Source: Candidatus Babeliales bacterium
GTDB lineage: Bacteria; Babelota; Babeliae; Babelales; JACPOV01
Direction: 5' to 3'
NCBI GenBank assembly: GCA_050250855.1
Contig: JBFWNW010000002.1
Coordinates: forward strand, 96,001 to 160,000
DNA length: 64,000 bases
Each line of letters starts with the position of its first letter. The stretch's first letter is position 1. The notes beneath the pieces were generated by a model that was not told where the DNA came from, did no database searches, and was given only the letters and a program-made list of their open reading frames with translations. The position numbers and the translations under genes were made by a program. Positions 39,833 to 49,952 of the stretch are shown here, piece after piece.

Positions 39833-40738
39833 ATGACTATAAAAAAACCTCTTTTACTTGGTGCTCACATTTCTATAGCTGGTGGCCTTGAAAAAGCCAT
39901 AGAGCGGGGCGAATCAATCAATTGCACATGCATACAAATTTTTACAAAAAGTAACCGTCAATGGTATGCAAAGCCCCTACAAAAAGAAGAAATTGTGCTC
40001 TTTAAAAAGGCAGCTGAACAATCTACTATTCAAGATATCGTTGTTCATGCAAGCTACTTGATTAATATCGGCTCAGCAGACAAAGAACTTGGCGCAAAAT
40101 CAGCGTCTTCATTACAGGAAGAGTTGCAAAGGGCAGAAGCATTAGGAATTCCCTATCTTGTTTTGCATCCAGGATCACGCAATGATAGCCCCCTAGAGGA
40201 ATGCCTAGAAAGAATTGCCAAAAATATTAACATTATTTTAGAAAAAAATCCTGGAAAAACTATGATCCTTTTGGAAACTATGGCTGGACAAGGATCAACT
40301 GTTGGAGATACCTTCGACCAACTAGCAACAATTTATAAAAAGATTGATCAAAAACATCGCGTAGGATTTTGTGTTGATACATGCCATTTGCTGGTAGCTG
40401 GCTATGATTTTAGAGATAAAAAAAGCTATGAAGCACTTTGGCAAGAATTTGATAAAAAGCTAGGTCTTAAAAAACTTAAAGCCTTTCACCTTAATGACTC
40501 AAAAAAAGATCTTGGCTCACGTGTTGATCGCCATGAAAATATAGGCAAGGGCAAAGTAGGGCTTGAAGCATTTAGCCTTCTTTTAAATGATGAAAGGTTT
40601 TTTGACATTCCAAAAATCCTTGAAACGCCCAAAGAGAGTCTAGCTGATGATGTTAAAAATATGAATGCGCTCCTACCATTGCTTGATAGCAAAACGCGTA
40701 AAATTCTTTCTATACCTCAGGAAAACAATAAGAAATAG
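39833..40738 (+). CDS. nfo: Endonuclease IV
   Basis: GAHISIAGG, HASYLIN, LETMAGQG, DTCH, HLNDSK, DRHENIG, ILETP. Confidence 0.95.
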   Translation: MTIKKPLLLGAHISIAGGLEKAIERGESINCTCIQIFTKSNRQWYAKPLQKEEIVLFKKAAEQSTIQDIVVHASYLINIGSADKELGAKSASSLQEELQRAEALGIPYLVLHPGSRNDSPLEECLERIAKNINIILEKNPGKTMILLETMAGQGSTVGDTFDQLATIYKKIDQKHRVGFCVDTCHLLVAGYDFRDKKSYEALWQEFDKKLGLKKLKAFHLNDSKKDLGSRVDRHENIGKGKVGLEAFSLLLNDERFFDIPKILETPKESLADDVKNMNALLPLLDSKTRKILSIPQENNKK

Positions 40739-41041
40739 TAATAGCCCAGCCTCATCTTACCGCTAAGAAGGAATTGTAGTAAAACAATTCGAGGTCTGAG
40801 CTATTACCAAAATACAGCAGTGTACTAACCATACTACCTTAGAACAAGTCTGCCACAGGAAAATTTCAAACTACTTCTAGTAGTACAGTCACCATTTTTC
40901 CCAAAATCAACAACAATTTCAACTTCTTAAAACAGCCACAAAAAAGCAACAACAAAAAAACCGCTTTAAAAGGGCACATTTATATATATAAGATGATTTT
41001 AATACAAAGCAACAAAAAAGCAACAACCTTGCGTTACTTCT

Positions 41042-42067
41042 TTAAATATGGACAAAAAGCCTTGCTTTCGGATTAATCCAAATAGCAATAAGCCAAAGAG
41101 AGAGGATTATAAACAATAGAAAAGATAAAGTTAAGAAAGTTATTCTATTCATCATGAATAAAACAGCTATTAGAAGCAAAAATAGTGATAAATAAAGCAC
41201 AAAAAACAGTATTTTTTTCTTAGACCAACCACCCTGCTGCAAATATATGGAAAAATGATCAGGGCTACCATAATAAAATGGAATTCCTTTATAGGTACGC
41301 ACAATAACTAAAGTAACAACCTCCAAAAGTGGAATCAAAAAAATAATAAGCGGCGTTATAAACCCATAAGGGTTATAGACCTCCCATTGTATTAAAAAAG
41401 GAATAGCAGCCAAAAAACCACCTATAAAAAGCGATCCCGCATCTCCTAAATAAATCTTAGCCGAAGGCTTGTTGTAATATAAAAAGGCAGACAAAGACCC
41501 TAAAAAACACAAAAGAAGTAATGCTACGTTATATTGCTTTGTAATAAGAGCCATAGCGAGCAACATTGTCGCCACGCATAATGCTATGGTAGTAGCCAGC
41601 CCATCCATAACATCAACCAAATTAAAGGCATTAATAATGGTTAAAATCCACAACAATGACAAGGGAAGAGTCCATATATTATTCAAAAAAAAGGTCTCTT
41701 TTAAATACAAGCCAGACTTTAAAAAGCCGAAGGCCGCTATAATTTGCCAAAAAAACTTTTGGTAAGGTTTAATGCGCACTAAATCATCAACAATACCAAC
41801 AAAAAGCAACAACGTTGTGCCAATTAAAAAAAGTCCTATTTTATTATCATAAGGAAATACTATAGCAAGAGATGCTATAAATCCCATAAAAACGGCAACG
41901 CCACCCAAATAAGGAACAGGCTCTTTATGAACTTTTATACGGCCATCAGGCATATCTAAAATATTGAGCTTTTTTGCTAGAGCAGCACACAAGGGAACAA
42001 GATAAAATGTTAAAAGGAAAGAAATGAACCAAGAAATCCCAAGCCTCATAAACACAGAATCCATCAA
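41042..42067 (-). CDS. MraY/WecA/TagO-family polyprenyl-phosphate sugar-1-phosphate transferase
   Basis: P-x-LGG, VGIVDD, NAFNLVDVMDGL, YLGDAGS. Confidence 0.85.
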   Translation of the reverse strand: MMDSVFMRLGISWFISFLLTFYLVPLCAALAKKLNILDMPDGRIKVHKEPVPYLGGVAVFMGFIASLAIVFPYDNKIGLFLIGTTLLLFVGIVDDLVRIKPYQKFFWQIIAAFGFLKSGLYLKETFFLNNIWTLPLSLLWILTIINAFNLVDVMDGLATTIALCVATMLLAMALITKQYNVALLLLCFLGSLSAFLYYNKPSAKIYLGDAGSLFIGGFLAAIPFLIQWEVYNPYGFITPLIIFLIPLLEVVTLVIVRTYKGIPFYYGSPDHFSIYLQQGGWSKKKILFFVLYLSLFLLLIAVLFMMNRITFLTLSFLLFIILSLWLIAIWINPKARLFVHI

Positions 42068-42156
42068 AAACTCCTTTTCAAGAATATAATATTATGCATG
42101 TTGCTATTGAGCATAACACGAAAAGGATGAAAAGCTAGAAAGCTAAAAATATTAAA

Positions 42157-44163
42157 CTATTGATTATTTTCTGCCTTAGTTTCAACAAAACACTCAACAC
42201 GATCATCTATTTGCCAATCATTAAATCCATCAACTAAAAAGGCAAATTCGAATCCTGCATGAACATCTTTTACGGATTTGCGATCACGCTCAAGACTTTT
42301 AATAGGGCCTTCTCCAATTTTTTCTTTACCTCTCCAAATAACAACGCGCCCTTTATTTGAAAAAACACCTTCTTTACAATAAGATCCTGCAATAGTGCCA
42401 AGATTTTTTATGGCAAATACTTTTCTTACAACTGCTTCACCAGATTTTCTAGAAATCATTTTTACAGGTTCTTCTTCTTTGAGCATTACCTCAAGATCTT
42501 CAAGAAGCTTGTAAATAATATCAAAAAGCTTAATTGAAACCATATTTTTTTGCGCAACAACTACCGCATTTGGCTCTACTTTTACATGAAGACCAATAAT
42601 AATTGATCCTGTATTGGCAGCAAGAACAACATCGCTTTCGCTAATTGCACCAACGCCAGAAAAAACGATATAAATTTTATCTTTGTGCTTAGCAGATATT
42701 TTTTCTATAGATTCAAGCAATGCTTCTTTTGACGATGTAGAGTCAACTTTGACAATAATATTAAGAGTATCTTCTCGCAAAGCTTTTTTCATCTCAAGAG
42801 AGGTATGCATATGAGAAGATTTTAATGCTTTAAATTTTTCTGGCGCAACAACTTCAAAAGAATCACCTGCATGCGGCATTTCATTAAATCCAGCAACTTG
42901 CACAGGAACTGAAGGGCCCACTTCTTTAATGCGAGTACCATAAGAATCAATTAAAGAACTCACCTTGCCATATGTTTGTCCTGCCGAAAAAAGATCGCCA
43001 ATTTTTAACGTTCCTTTTTGACAAATAACCGTAGCAACAGCACCAAGGCCTTTTTGCAATTTAGATTCTAAAATAAAACCAGAAGCATGTTCTTTTGTTG
43101 ATGTTTTTAAGTCCATCATCTGAGATTGCAATACAATCATTTCAAGAAGCTTATCGACACCAGTACCGACTTTTGCAGAAATCGGAACTACGATAACCTC
43201 GCCACCCCATTCCTCAGGCAAAAGATCATAACGAGCAAGATCTGCTCTAAGCACTTCAAGTCTATTTTTATCAACTTTATCCATTTTATTAGCAGCAATA
43301 ATAACGGGAATTTCTGCTTTTTTTATTTTTTGAATGGCTTCTATTGTTTGAGGCTTAATACTATCATCAGCAGCAATAACAAGCACTGCTAAGTCTGCAA
43401 CACGAACACCTCTGCCACGAATATTTGAAAAAGCTTCATGGCCAGGAGTATCAATAAAGACAACATCACCCTGAGGCGTTTCTGCTCTGTAGGCACCTAG
43501 ATGCTGCGTAATGCCACCTTTTTCTTTTTGCGCTACGCGAGTTTTCCTAATAAAGTCCAAAAGCGTTGTTTTCCCATGGTCAACATGGCCCAAAACAACA
43601 ACGACTGGCAGGCGGCTTTCCTCTCCTTGAGCAAGGCCACCAAATCTTTTTTCTTCTGCTTTTTTTACAGCATTTTGATAAATAAAGGGAATTTCATACA
43701 AGCCAAGAATTTTTTGTATAACTTCATGGGCAAGCATCTGATTTTTAGGACAGACAATGCCCTGCTTTAAAAGATTTAAAATTAAATCACTTGCAGGCTT
43801 ATTCAATTTTTCTGCTAATTGCCCTATCGTCATTGACTCAACAATAAAGGGCTCCTGTACGGCAATGGTCTCAGACTCTTTGGGGGCAATTTCTTGTTTT
43901 GGTGTAGGAGGAATTATTATTTTTTCTTGAATTTTTTGATGCATATCTTTTTTTTCAGATTTTTTTTGAACTGGAGCCTGTTGAGGTTCTACCTTTTTAA
44001 CGGGGATTTCCTCATCTTTTTTAAATTTTTTATCAATAAAATCAAGCGCTTCTTGCGGCAATGCAGACATATGGCTTTTCACCTCAAAGCCTTCTTTGCT
44101 GAGAATATCAATTAAATCTTTATTAGAAATGTTTAGCAATTTGGCAATTTCATATACACGCAT
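42157..44163 (-). CDS. infB: Translation initiation factor IF-2
   Basis: MRVYEIAK, GHVDHGKTT, GGITQH, DTPGHEAF, NKMD. Confidence 0.97.
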   Translation of the reverse strand: MRVYEIAKLLNISNKDLIDILSKEGFEVKSHMSALPQEALDFIDKKFKKDEEIPVKKVEPQQAPVQKKSEKKDMHQKIQEKIIIPPTPKQEIAPKESETIAVQEPFIVESMTIGQLAEKLNKPASDLILNLLKQGIVCPKNQMLAHEVIQKILGLYEIPFIYQNAVKKAEEKRFGGLAQGEESRLPVVVVLGHVDHGKTTLLDFIRKTRVAQKEKGGITQHLGAYRAETPQGDVVFIDTPGHEAFSNIRGRGVRVADLAVLVIAADDSIKPQTIEAIQKIKKAEIPVIIAANKMDKVDKNRLEVLRADLARYDLLPEEWGGEVIVVPISAKVGTGVDKLLEMIVLQSQMMDLKTSTKEHASGFILESKLQKGLGAVATVICQKGTLKIGDLFSAGQTYGKVSSLIDSYGTRIKEVGPSVPVQVAGFNEMPHAGDSFEVVAPEKFKALKSSHMHTSLEMKKALREDTLNIIVKVDSTSSKEALLESIEKISAKHKDKIYIVFSGVGAISESDVVLAANTGSIIIGLHVKVEPNAVVVAQKNMVSIKLFDIIYKLLEDLEVMLKEEEPVKMISRKSGEAVVRKVFAIKNLGTIAGSYCKEGVFSNKGRVVIWRGKEKIGEGPIKSLERDRKSVKDVHAGFEFAFLVDGFNDWQIDDRVECFVETKAENNQ

Positions 44164-44226
44164 TTATTTTTTTACTCTTGATTTTAAATAAACAGAAACA
44201 CCACGTAATTTTATTTGCTCAGCAAA

Positions 44227-45315
44227 TTAATCATCCCGAGAATGTTCTTCTTCTTGGTCAATGCTTGACTCAACAACATCCTCAAATGAAACCTTGGCTG
44301 GTTTTTTTTCGCTCTGAACTAAATTAATATTTAGCCCTGTTAGGCGAGAGGCAAGCAAAATATTTTGGCCCATTCTTCCGATAGCAAGAGATCGCTGATC
44401 TTCATCAAGCCAAACATTTGCATTATCACCAACAACTTCAACACGATTAACAAGAGCAGGCTTAAGAGCCTGAGCAACAAGGCTTTCCACAGAATCAGTC
44501 CAAGGAATTATATCTATTTTTTCGCCGCCAAGTTCTTTCAAAAGAGGCTTAATGCGAACGCCACCGACACCCACACAGGTACCAACTGGGTCTATATTTT
44601 TATCATTAGACACAACAGCAATCTTGGTTTTATAGCCAGGAGTGCGAACAATTTTTTTAATTTCAATAAGCTTTTCAAAAGCCTCGGGAATTTCAAGCTC
44701 AAAAAGTCTTTGAACAAACTCAGCCGAAGCGCGATCTAGAATAAGCTGATTATCATTGCGCGGTTCCTTAAGAACTTCTTTTAAAAGAGCTCTAATAGAA
44801 AATCCTACAACGCATTTATCTGTTGGCATAGAAAGAGATTTGGGCAAGAATGCCAACGCTTCGCCTATTTTTACGGTAACACCACCGCGCTCGCATTTGT
44901 GTATCACGCCATGAACAATAGAGCCCTGCTTGCCGATGTAATCACGATACACCGCCTCAGCTTCTATAGATCTGATTTTATTGGCAATCACTTGCTTTGC
45001 GCGCAAAATTTCAATTCTGCCTATAGGGCCATCAAAGCCAACCATTATCTCTTGGCCTAGCTGAGCGTCAGCATCGATGCCGCGAGCTTTTCTGAGCGAA
45101 ATTTCAATTTCATCATCTTCAGGAGTAGAAACAACCTTTTTTTCAACCTTTACAACAAGGTCATCAGTTTTTCTATTGTGCTCAACCTGAAAAACGAGCC
45201 CAGGGTATTTTTTTTCATAGGCCGCTTTCATGCCTTCGCAAATAATAGAGCTTAAAAGGTCTCTATCAAGACCGCGCTCTTCAACAAGTTCATCTATAAC
45301 CAGAGAAAGTTTCAC
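44227..45315 (-). CDS. nusA: Transcription factor NusA
   Basis: LFELEIPE, DPVGTCVG..G.RI, GEKIDII, SLAIGRMGQN..LASRLTG; precedes infB. Confidence 0.95.
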   Translation of the reverse strand: MKLSLVIDELVEERGLDRDLLSSIICEGMKAAYEKKYPGLVFQVEHNRKTDDLVVKVEKKVVSTPEDDEIEISLRKARGIDADAQLGQEIMVGFDGPIGRIEILRAKQVIANKIRSIEAEAVYRDYIGKQGSIVHGVIHKCERGGVTVKIGEALAFLPKSLSMPTDKCVVGFSIRALLKEVLKEPRNDNQLILDRASAEFVQRLFELEIPEAFEKLIEIKKIVRTPGYKTKIAVVSNDKNIDPVGTCVGVGGVRIKPLLKELGGEKIDIIPWTDSVESLVAQALKPALVNRVEVVGDNANVWLDEDQRSLAIGRMGQNILLASRLTGLNINLVQSEKKPAKVSFEDVVESSIDQEEEHSRDD

Positions 45316-45428
45316 GATGTGTACACCTTTATTCTTAAATAAATTCGAATGGTAAGTATTGTCTAGTGTATCAAAGATTAAAAAAAAGAAAAGAAAAGAT
45401 CTTAGCTTTTAAAGCACTGGTTCTTTTA

Positions 45429-45580
45429 TTCTACTTCGCCAGAAAACCCCAAGGCTTTTGAAGCCTGGGAATGAATGGCAAGTAGAACCCTTCGTAGCTT
45501 TAGCGTAGTAGGGTTTTGGCTTCGAAGAACTTCGCGCGAATCAACGGCCTAAAAACCGTTGAGCGCTTCGTTGAATAGCC
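45429..45580. repeat. Cluster of GC-richer hairpins (REP-like or IS-end-like) upstream of nusA
   Basis: ctacttcgcca..tggcaagtag, ggctt-ttg-aagcc, aaccct..agggtt and tcaacgg..ccgttga stems. Confidence 0.5.
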
Positions 45581-45599
45581 ATAAACTCTAAATTAGTTT

Positions 45600-45945
45600 T
45601 TTTAAGGTCTTATTATTATTAATATTAACTATATATAGTTATTTATATGATAATAATAGGCGAGCGCAAAATTGTGGATAACTTTGCCTTTTTTTCAAAA
45701 AAAACCTGGACTTTAGCCGTTTTTTGGACTTTCACAATTGTGGATAACCTGTGGATAACCTGTGGATAACTTTGTGGATAACTCAAGGATCCCCCTAAAA
45801 ATAGCGTGCTATTGAGCTGTTTAAACGGTGCTGTTTTTGGTGCATCCATAGGAGCTTTTTCCCGAGATTTTCAAAAGTTATCCACATTTCATTCACAGGT
45901 TATCCACATTTCATTCACAGGTTATCCACATTTCATTCACACTTT
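45600..45945. other. oriC: Probable chromosomal replication origin (oriC)
   Basis: Eight perfect TTATCCACA boxes (45673, 45739, 45750, 45761, 45773 reversed; 45878, 45900, 45922 forward). An AT-rich tract with trio-like repeats and a short GC-rich spacer flank the first box. Confidence 0.9.
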
Positions 45946-45999
45946 CTATTTGTATTTTTTTGATGTGCTATAAGCGTGGTATCTTTAAAAAGCCTATTT

Positions 46000-46572
46000 T
46001 TATGAGGCTTTTTCAAAGAGAGTTTTTAGGTCGTGAATAAAAGTAGGAAGTTCTCGGGGGTTGCGTAGTATATAGGCCGGGTGAAAGGTTGGAAAAAGCT
46101 TTATAGTATTCCATGAAGAAAACTTCCCTCGCATCTGGGTCATTTTTACTTTTTGATCAAGTAAAGATTCTAGAGCGCTTGCGCCAAGTGTGCAAATAAA
46201 CTGAGGGCGTATAATTTTAAGTTGCTTAAAAAGAAGCAAGTTCTTGCATGTTGTTGCCTCTTGAAGTGTTGGCGCACGGTTTCCTGGTGGACGACATTTT
46301 ACAACATTGGTAATAAATATATCGCTTCGCTGTATGCCAATATGTTCAAGGGTTCTATTAAGAAGTTGGCCAGATCTACCAACAAAAGGCTTATTGAGTT
46401 CATCCTCTTTTTGGCCAGGGCCTTCGCCAATAATAACAACTTTTGCATCAGGATTTCCTTCCCCAAAAACAACATGCGTTCTACCGAGTGTTCCTAGGGG
46501 GCAAGCGGTGCACTGTTTATAGGGCGCGTAAAGTTGTTCCAAGAGGTTGTGCTTAAATTCTTTTATGCTCAT
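46000..46572 (-). CDS. Uracil-DNA glycosylase family 4
   Basis: CTACPL, IGEGPG, PFVGRSG, NVVKCRPP, TFHPAY. Confidence 0.95.
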   Translation of the reverse strand: MSIKEFKHNLLEQLYAPYKQCTACPLGTLGRTHVVFGEGNPDAKVVIIGEGPGQKEDELNKPFVGRSGQLLNRTLEHIGIQRSDIFITNVVKCRPPGNRAPTLQEATTCKNLLLFKQLKIIRPQFICTLGASALESLLDQKVKMTQMRGKFSSWNTIKLFPTFHPAYILRNPRELPTFIHDLKTLFEKAS

Positions 46573-46597
46573 ATGTGTTTAATAAAATATTAACCTT

Positions 46598-48037
46598 TTA
46601 AGCTGCTAAGAAATATTTTATTAGTGTAAACCAATTATTGCTTTGTGCAAACTTAGTTTTTTGATATGAAGGATAAATTTTTCGCTCAGGAAAATAGATG
46701 GAAATGCCACGTGCTTGTGCTAAATTTTTTCCTGAAACATTAGCAATAACCATTTTTTCTAGTAATGCTAAAGCTTTTTTTATCTCTTCATGAAGATCAT
46801 TTACTAGAGCTTTACCGCTTTGTTGATTAGTAAATTCAAATTTTTTGCTATTTGCTGCAAAGTTTCTTAAAAGATGATGAAGGTCAAGATAGTTAGGTTC
46901 ATCAAAATAGGTGCAGTAAAGTTTGTGGCGGCTGATTTTTATGGCTTCTCGTACGGTATTGTTTTTTTGGATTTTTAATGCTTCAATCAAGTACTGTGCT
47001 ATGCGATCTACACTCTGTTCAAGTGCTGTTGCGCAAGAAAGATCGAGTGCTGATTGCGTATAATCTTTTGTTATGTTGCCATATGCTGCGCCGTAGCATT
47101 GTACAATATGTTGCGCAAAAGATTTTTTATCAAGTGATCGCGTTTCAAATGGCTTTAATATAGTATAGTAATTATAGCCAGTGCCCAGTTCAACTTCTTC
47201 AGATGCAGGCATGAAGTCTGCAAAATCTTTTACAATGTTAGCAATTTCAAGCATCGCCATTAAGCAGGCATCAAAACAAATAAGATCAAATTTTCTACCG
47301 CCAAGAAGTGTGGAGCAAATTGTTCTAAGAGCATATTCTAAATCTTGATTACTTAAGTAATGCCCTGTTGAATCGTCAAAACAAATGCCGCGATGGTCAG
47401 GATAATACATCGCATGAATGTAATCAATAAATGGAATGCTTCTATCAAGTTCCAAGAGATTGCTTTCTGGATTAAACATAAAAAGAGGAGAAGGGTTAAT
47501 GCTTTTGCGCGGGCCAAAATCGATAGCTCCCGATCCATGATTCCAAAGTACAAGAGCATAGTGCCGTGCAGGATAGTTTTGGATAGCCCATTTGCAACAA
47601 TCAATTAACGTTGCAGGAAGGCCACTATCCATTTTTTGAGTATGAGGATCTTTTTCATTGGTTGCTATGTATTTATCTTTTTCAATGTAATAACGTTTTG
47701 TGATTTTTTTATTGCCAGCAATGCGCGTATCAAGTTGCGTTACAATATTTATATATTGCGTAGAACCAACATCCGCTTGTTGCTTTAAATTTTTACGGGC
47801 AAAAGGCGCAAGGTCATTATCGGCTGCCATGTAGGTAATAAAGGTCCATTCTTTTATAGCGCGCGCTTTTGTTGCATCGGCAAGAGCATTATTTTCTTGT
47901 GCTGTTTGAAGATCGGTAATTACCGTGCTGCTTTTAATAATATCATGTAATTGTTTATGCGGGCAAAACGTAACGTTTATATGCAGAATAAAAAAAAGTA
48001 ATAAGGCGAGAGGGTTTATTTTATAATTTTTTATCAT
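46598..48037 (-). CDS. Clostripain-family (C11) cysteine peptidase, secreted
   Basis: WTFITYMAADNDL, LVLWNHGSG, FDACLM, ASEE, GISIYFP; signal peptide. Confidence 0.85.
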   Translation of the reverse strand: MIKNYKINPLALLLFFILHINVTFCPHKQLHDIIKSSTVITDLQTAQENNALADATKARAIKEWTFITYMAADNDLAPFARKNLKQQADVGSTQYINIVTQLDTRIAGNKKITKRYYIEKDKYIATNEKDPHTQKMDSGLPATLIDCCKWAIQNYPARHYALVLWNHGSGAIDFGPRKSINPSPLFMFNPESNLLELDRSIPFIDYIHAMYYPDHRGICFDDSTGHYLSNQDLEYALRTICSTLLGGRKFDLICFDACLMAMLEIANIVKDFADFMPASEEVELGTGYNYYTILKPFETRSLDKKSFAQHIVQCYGAAYGNITKDYTQSALDLSCATALEQSVDRIAQYLIEALKIQKNNTVREAIKISRHKLYCTYFDEPNYLDLHHLLRNFAANSKKFEFTNQQSGKALVNDLHEEIKKALALLEKMVIANVSGKNLAQARGISIYFPERKIYPSYQKTKFAQSNNWFTLIKYFLAA

Positions 48038-48072
48038 GAGATCCCCTTTTTTAAGATAGGTACGTTGTTAGC

Positions 48073-49209
48073 TTATGAATTTTGCCTCATAATTATCAAG
48101 TCTTTTTGAATAATAGTTGTTTTATGGTGCGTAATAAACGATATCCATGTCAAAAGAAACGTGATACCAAAGCTTAACTGAAAATCAAGAGAAAAAAGAA
48201 AGAAAGGATTATAAGCGAGTGTAGCTATGGTAACCGTTGTAATAAGATGGAGAGGATGAATCGGCTTTTCTAATAAAATGCCCAATTTATATATAAAAAA
48301 TCCTAAAAGTGAGCGCGCAAAAGAAAGAGATGTCCAACTACAAAGAACATAGATGCAGGAAATAATAATAAGAAGAATTTGTTTTACTATAAATGAGAGT
48401 GGGATTAATGATAAAAAGAACTCCCAGATAGCAATAAATATAACAAGATGAAGGCCAGACCTGGCTAAATAATGGGAAATACCCCAATATTTAAAATCCT
48501 CTTGCAAGGGCGCAAGAGATTTTTTATCAAGTTCTTTATTACCAAAAAATAAAAGTGCTAGCCAGGTAAATGTTTCGCGTGAACATTTCTTTTTAAGGGA
48601 TTTTAAAAGATAATCACGATATTCAAAGAGCCAGCGCATGAAGCTTTTAGATGGTCGAGAAACCTGCTTGAAAGTTTTGCTGCAGAATGTTCCTGCAATA
48701 GAATTTTTTAAAGAGTATAAATACATAGATTCTTGCTTTGGCTGCCTAATAACAATATTTTCAAAGGAGACGGTATCGGTTATTTTCACATCAGGCTTTT
48801 CTGGGCAGTACCATACAAGAGAATGCTGATTTGAGTTGATAGGAGCTGTTTTTTGTTGTGATATTTTTTCAATGCTTCCTGTAAAACGGTGTTTCAAGTA
48901 GCGATGATTGCATGTTGTATAATCAGTAATAGTAAGAGTACAATCAAATGTTTTATGTGCTAAATAGTGCTGAAATGCATCATAAAAATTAAGTTTCTTT
49001 TGATACAAAGAGGCTCCCGCAAGAACTGAGCAGCCGATAATAAGATAAAAAGGCATGCGCGTTGCATATGCTAATGCACTAGCAATAATAAATAGTAAGA
49101 AAGAAAGATAGAATATATGGTAACTATGCTGCAGCCAAATGCCAGCAATAAAAAAAATGGTAGCAGGTAAAAGAGGATGAAGAGCACTATTATTTTTTTG
49201 TAGTAACAT
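48073..49209 (-). CDS. comEC: ComEC/Rec2 competence-domain membrane protein (no MBL domain)
   Basis: GISHYLARSGLHL, FQLSF, multiple TMs; start codon uncertain. Confidence 0.75.
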   Translation of the reverse strand: MLLQKNNSALHPLLPATIFFIAGIWLQHSYHIFYLSFLLFIIASALAYATRMPFYLIIGCSVLAGASLYQKKLNFYDAFQHYLAHKTFDCTLTITDYTTCNHRYLKHRFTGSIEKISQQKTAPINSNQHSLVWYCPEKPDVKITDTVSFENIVIRQPKQESMYLYSLKNSIAGTFCSKTFKQVSRPSKSFMRWLFEYRDYLLKSLKKKCSRETFTWLALLFFGNKELDKKSLAPLQEDFKYWGISHYLARSGLHLVIFIAIWEFFLSLIPLSFIVKQILLIIISCIYVLCSWTSLSFARSLLGFFIYKLGILLEKPIHPLHLITTVTIATLAYNPFFLFSLDFQLSFGITFLLTWISFITHHKTTIIQKDLIIMRQNS

Positions 49210-49328
49210 AAGGGAGTAATAATTTTTGTTTAATTTTCTATAAGTATAGCATAAAATAAGAATTGATCGCAAAGTTAAAAATTAGCACTTGAAGGGTGCG
49301 AACCAAATTATACAAAAAGAGGAAATAT

Positions 49329-49952
49329 ATGAAACGCTTTATAAAAGTACTATTTTTATTACAAAGTATTAATATCACGATGAATTCATCACCTTTAGTA
49401 GCAATAAGATCAAAAATACCTTCTATTCTCGTTGATTTGCCCTATGCGACGGCGGATAATTTTACCCGAAGTCAAGTTTATCCAGATTGTGCTGATGCAT
49501 ACGCACTAGCAGAGGTGATAGAGCAACTTGCTTTAGTGCAAGAGTATTTGAAGCAAAAAGGTTTTGGTTTAAAAATATGGGATGCTTATCGCCCTCTTGC
49601 AGCGCAATATAAATTTTGGGAGCTTGTTCCTGATGAGCGTTATGTTTCAAATCCTGCAAAAGGAGGCGGCCGTCATACGCGTGGAACTACGGTTGATGTG
49701 ACACTGGTTACTTTAGATGGTCAAGAGGTTGCAATGCCAACGGAATTTGATAATTTTACTGAGCAGGCGCATGCAGATTATCAAGACTTTCCGGATGTTA
49801 TTCTAGCTCATAGAGAGATTTTGCGTGAAGCTATGGAGCGCTTTGGTTTTAAGGGTTTAGCAACGGAATGGTGGCATTTTGATCTTGTGGGCTGGCAAAA
49901 ATATCCTGCACTAGCGTTAGATTTTGAAGATTTAGCGAAAGCTGAATACTAA
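49329..49952 (+). CDS. D-Ala-D-Ala dipeptidase (M15D, VanX/DdpX-like)
   Basis: YATADNF, WDAYRP, HTRGTTVD, MPTEFD, EWWHF. Confidence 0.9.
   Translation: MKRFIKVLFLLQSINITMNSSPLVAIRSKIPSILVDLPYATADNFTRSQVYPDCADAYALAEVIEQLALVQEYLKQKGFGLKIWDAYRPLAAQYKFWELVPDERYVSNPAKGGGRHTRGTTVDVTLVTLDGQEVAMPTEFDNFTEQAHADYQDFPDVILAHREILREAMERFGFKGLATEWWHFDLVGWQKYPALALDFEDLAKAEY

Noticed and set aside
40940..41030. Short repeats of aaagcaacaa
   Set aside because: Low-complexity A-rich sequence with irregular spacing; no supportable function.
45643..45849. 68-aa ORF with SYPQSYPQVIHRLST
   Set aside because: Translation of the DnaA-box array.
49329..49952. Vancomycin resistance locus
   Set aside because: A lone VanX/DdpX-family dipeptidase with no vanA-type ligase or vanRS nearby; the dehydrogenase at 56229 is unlinked.
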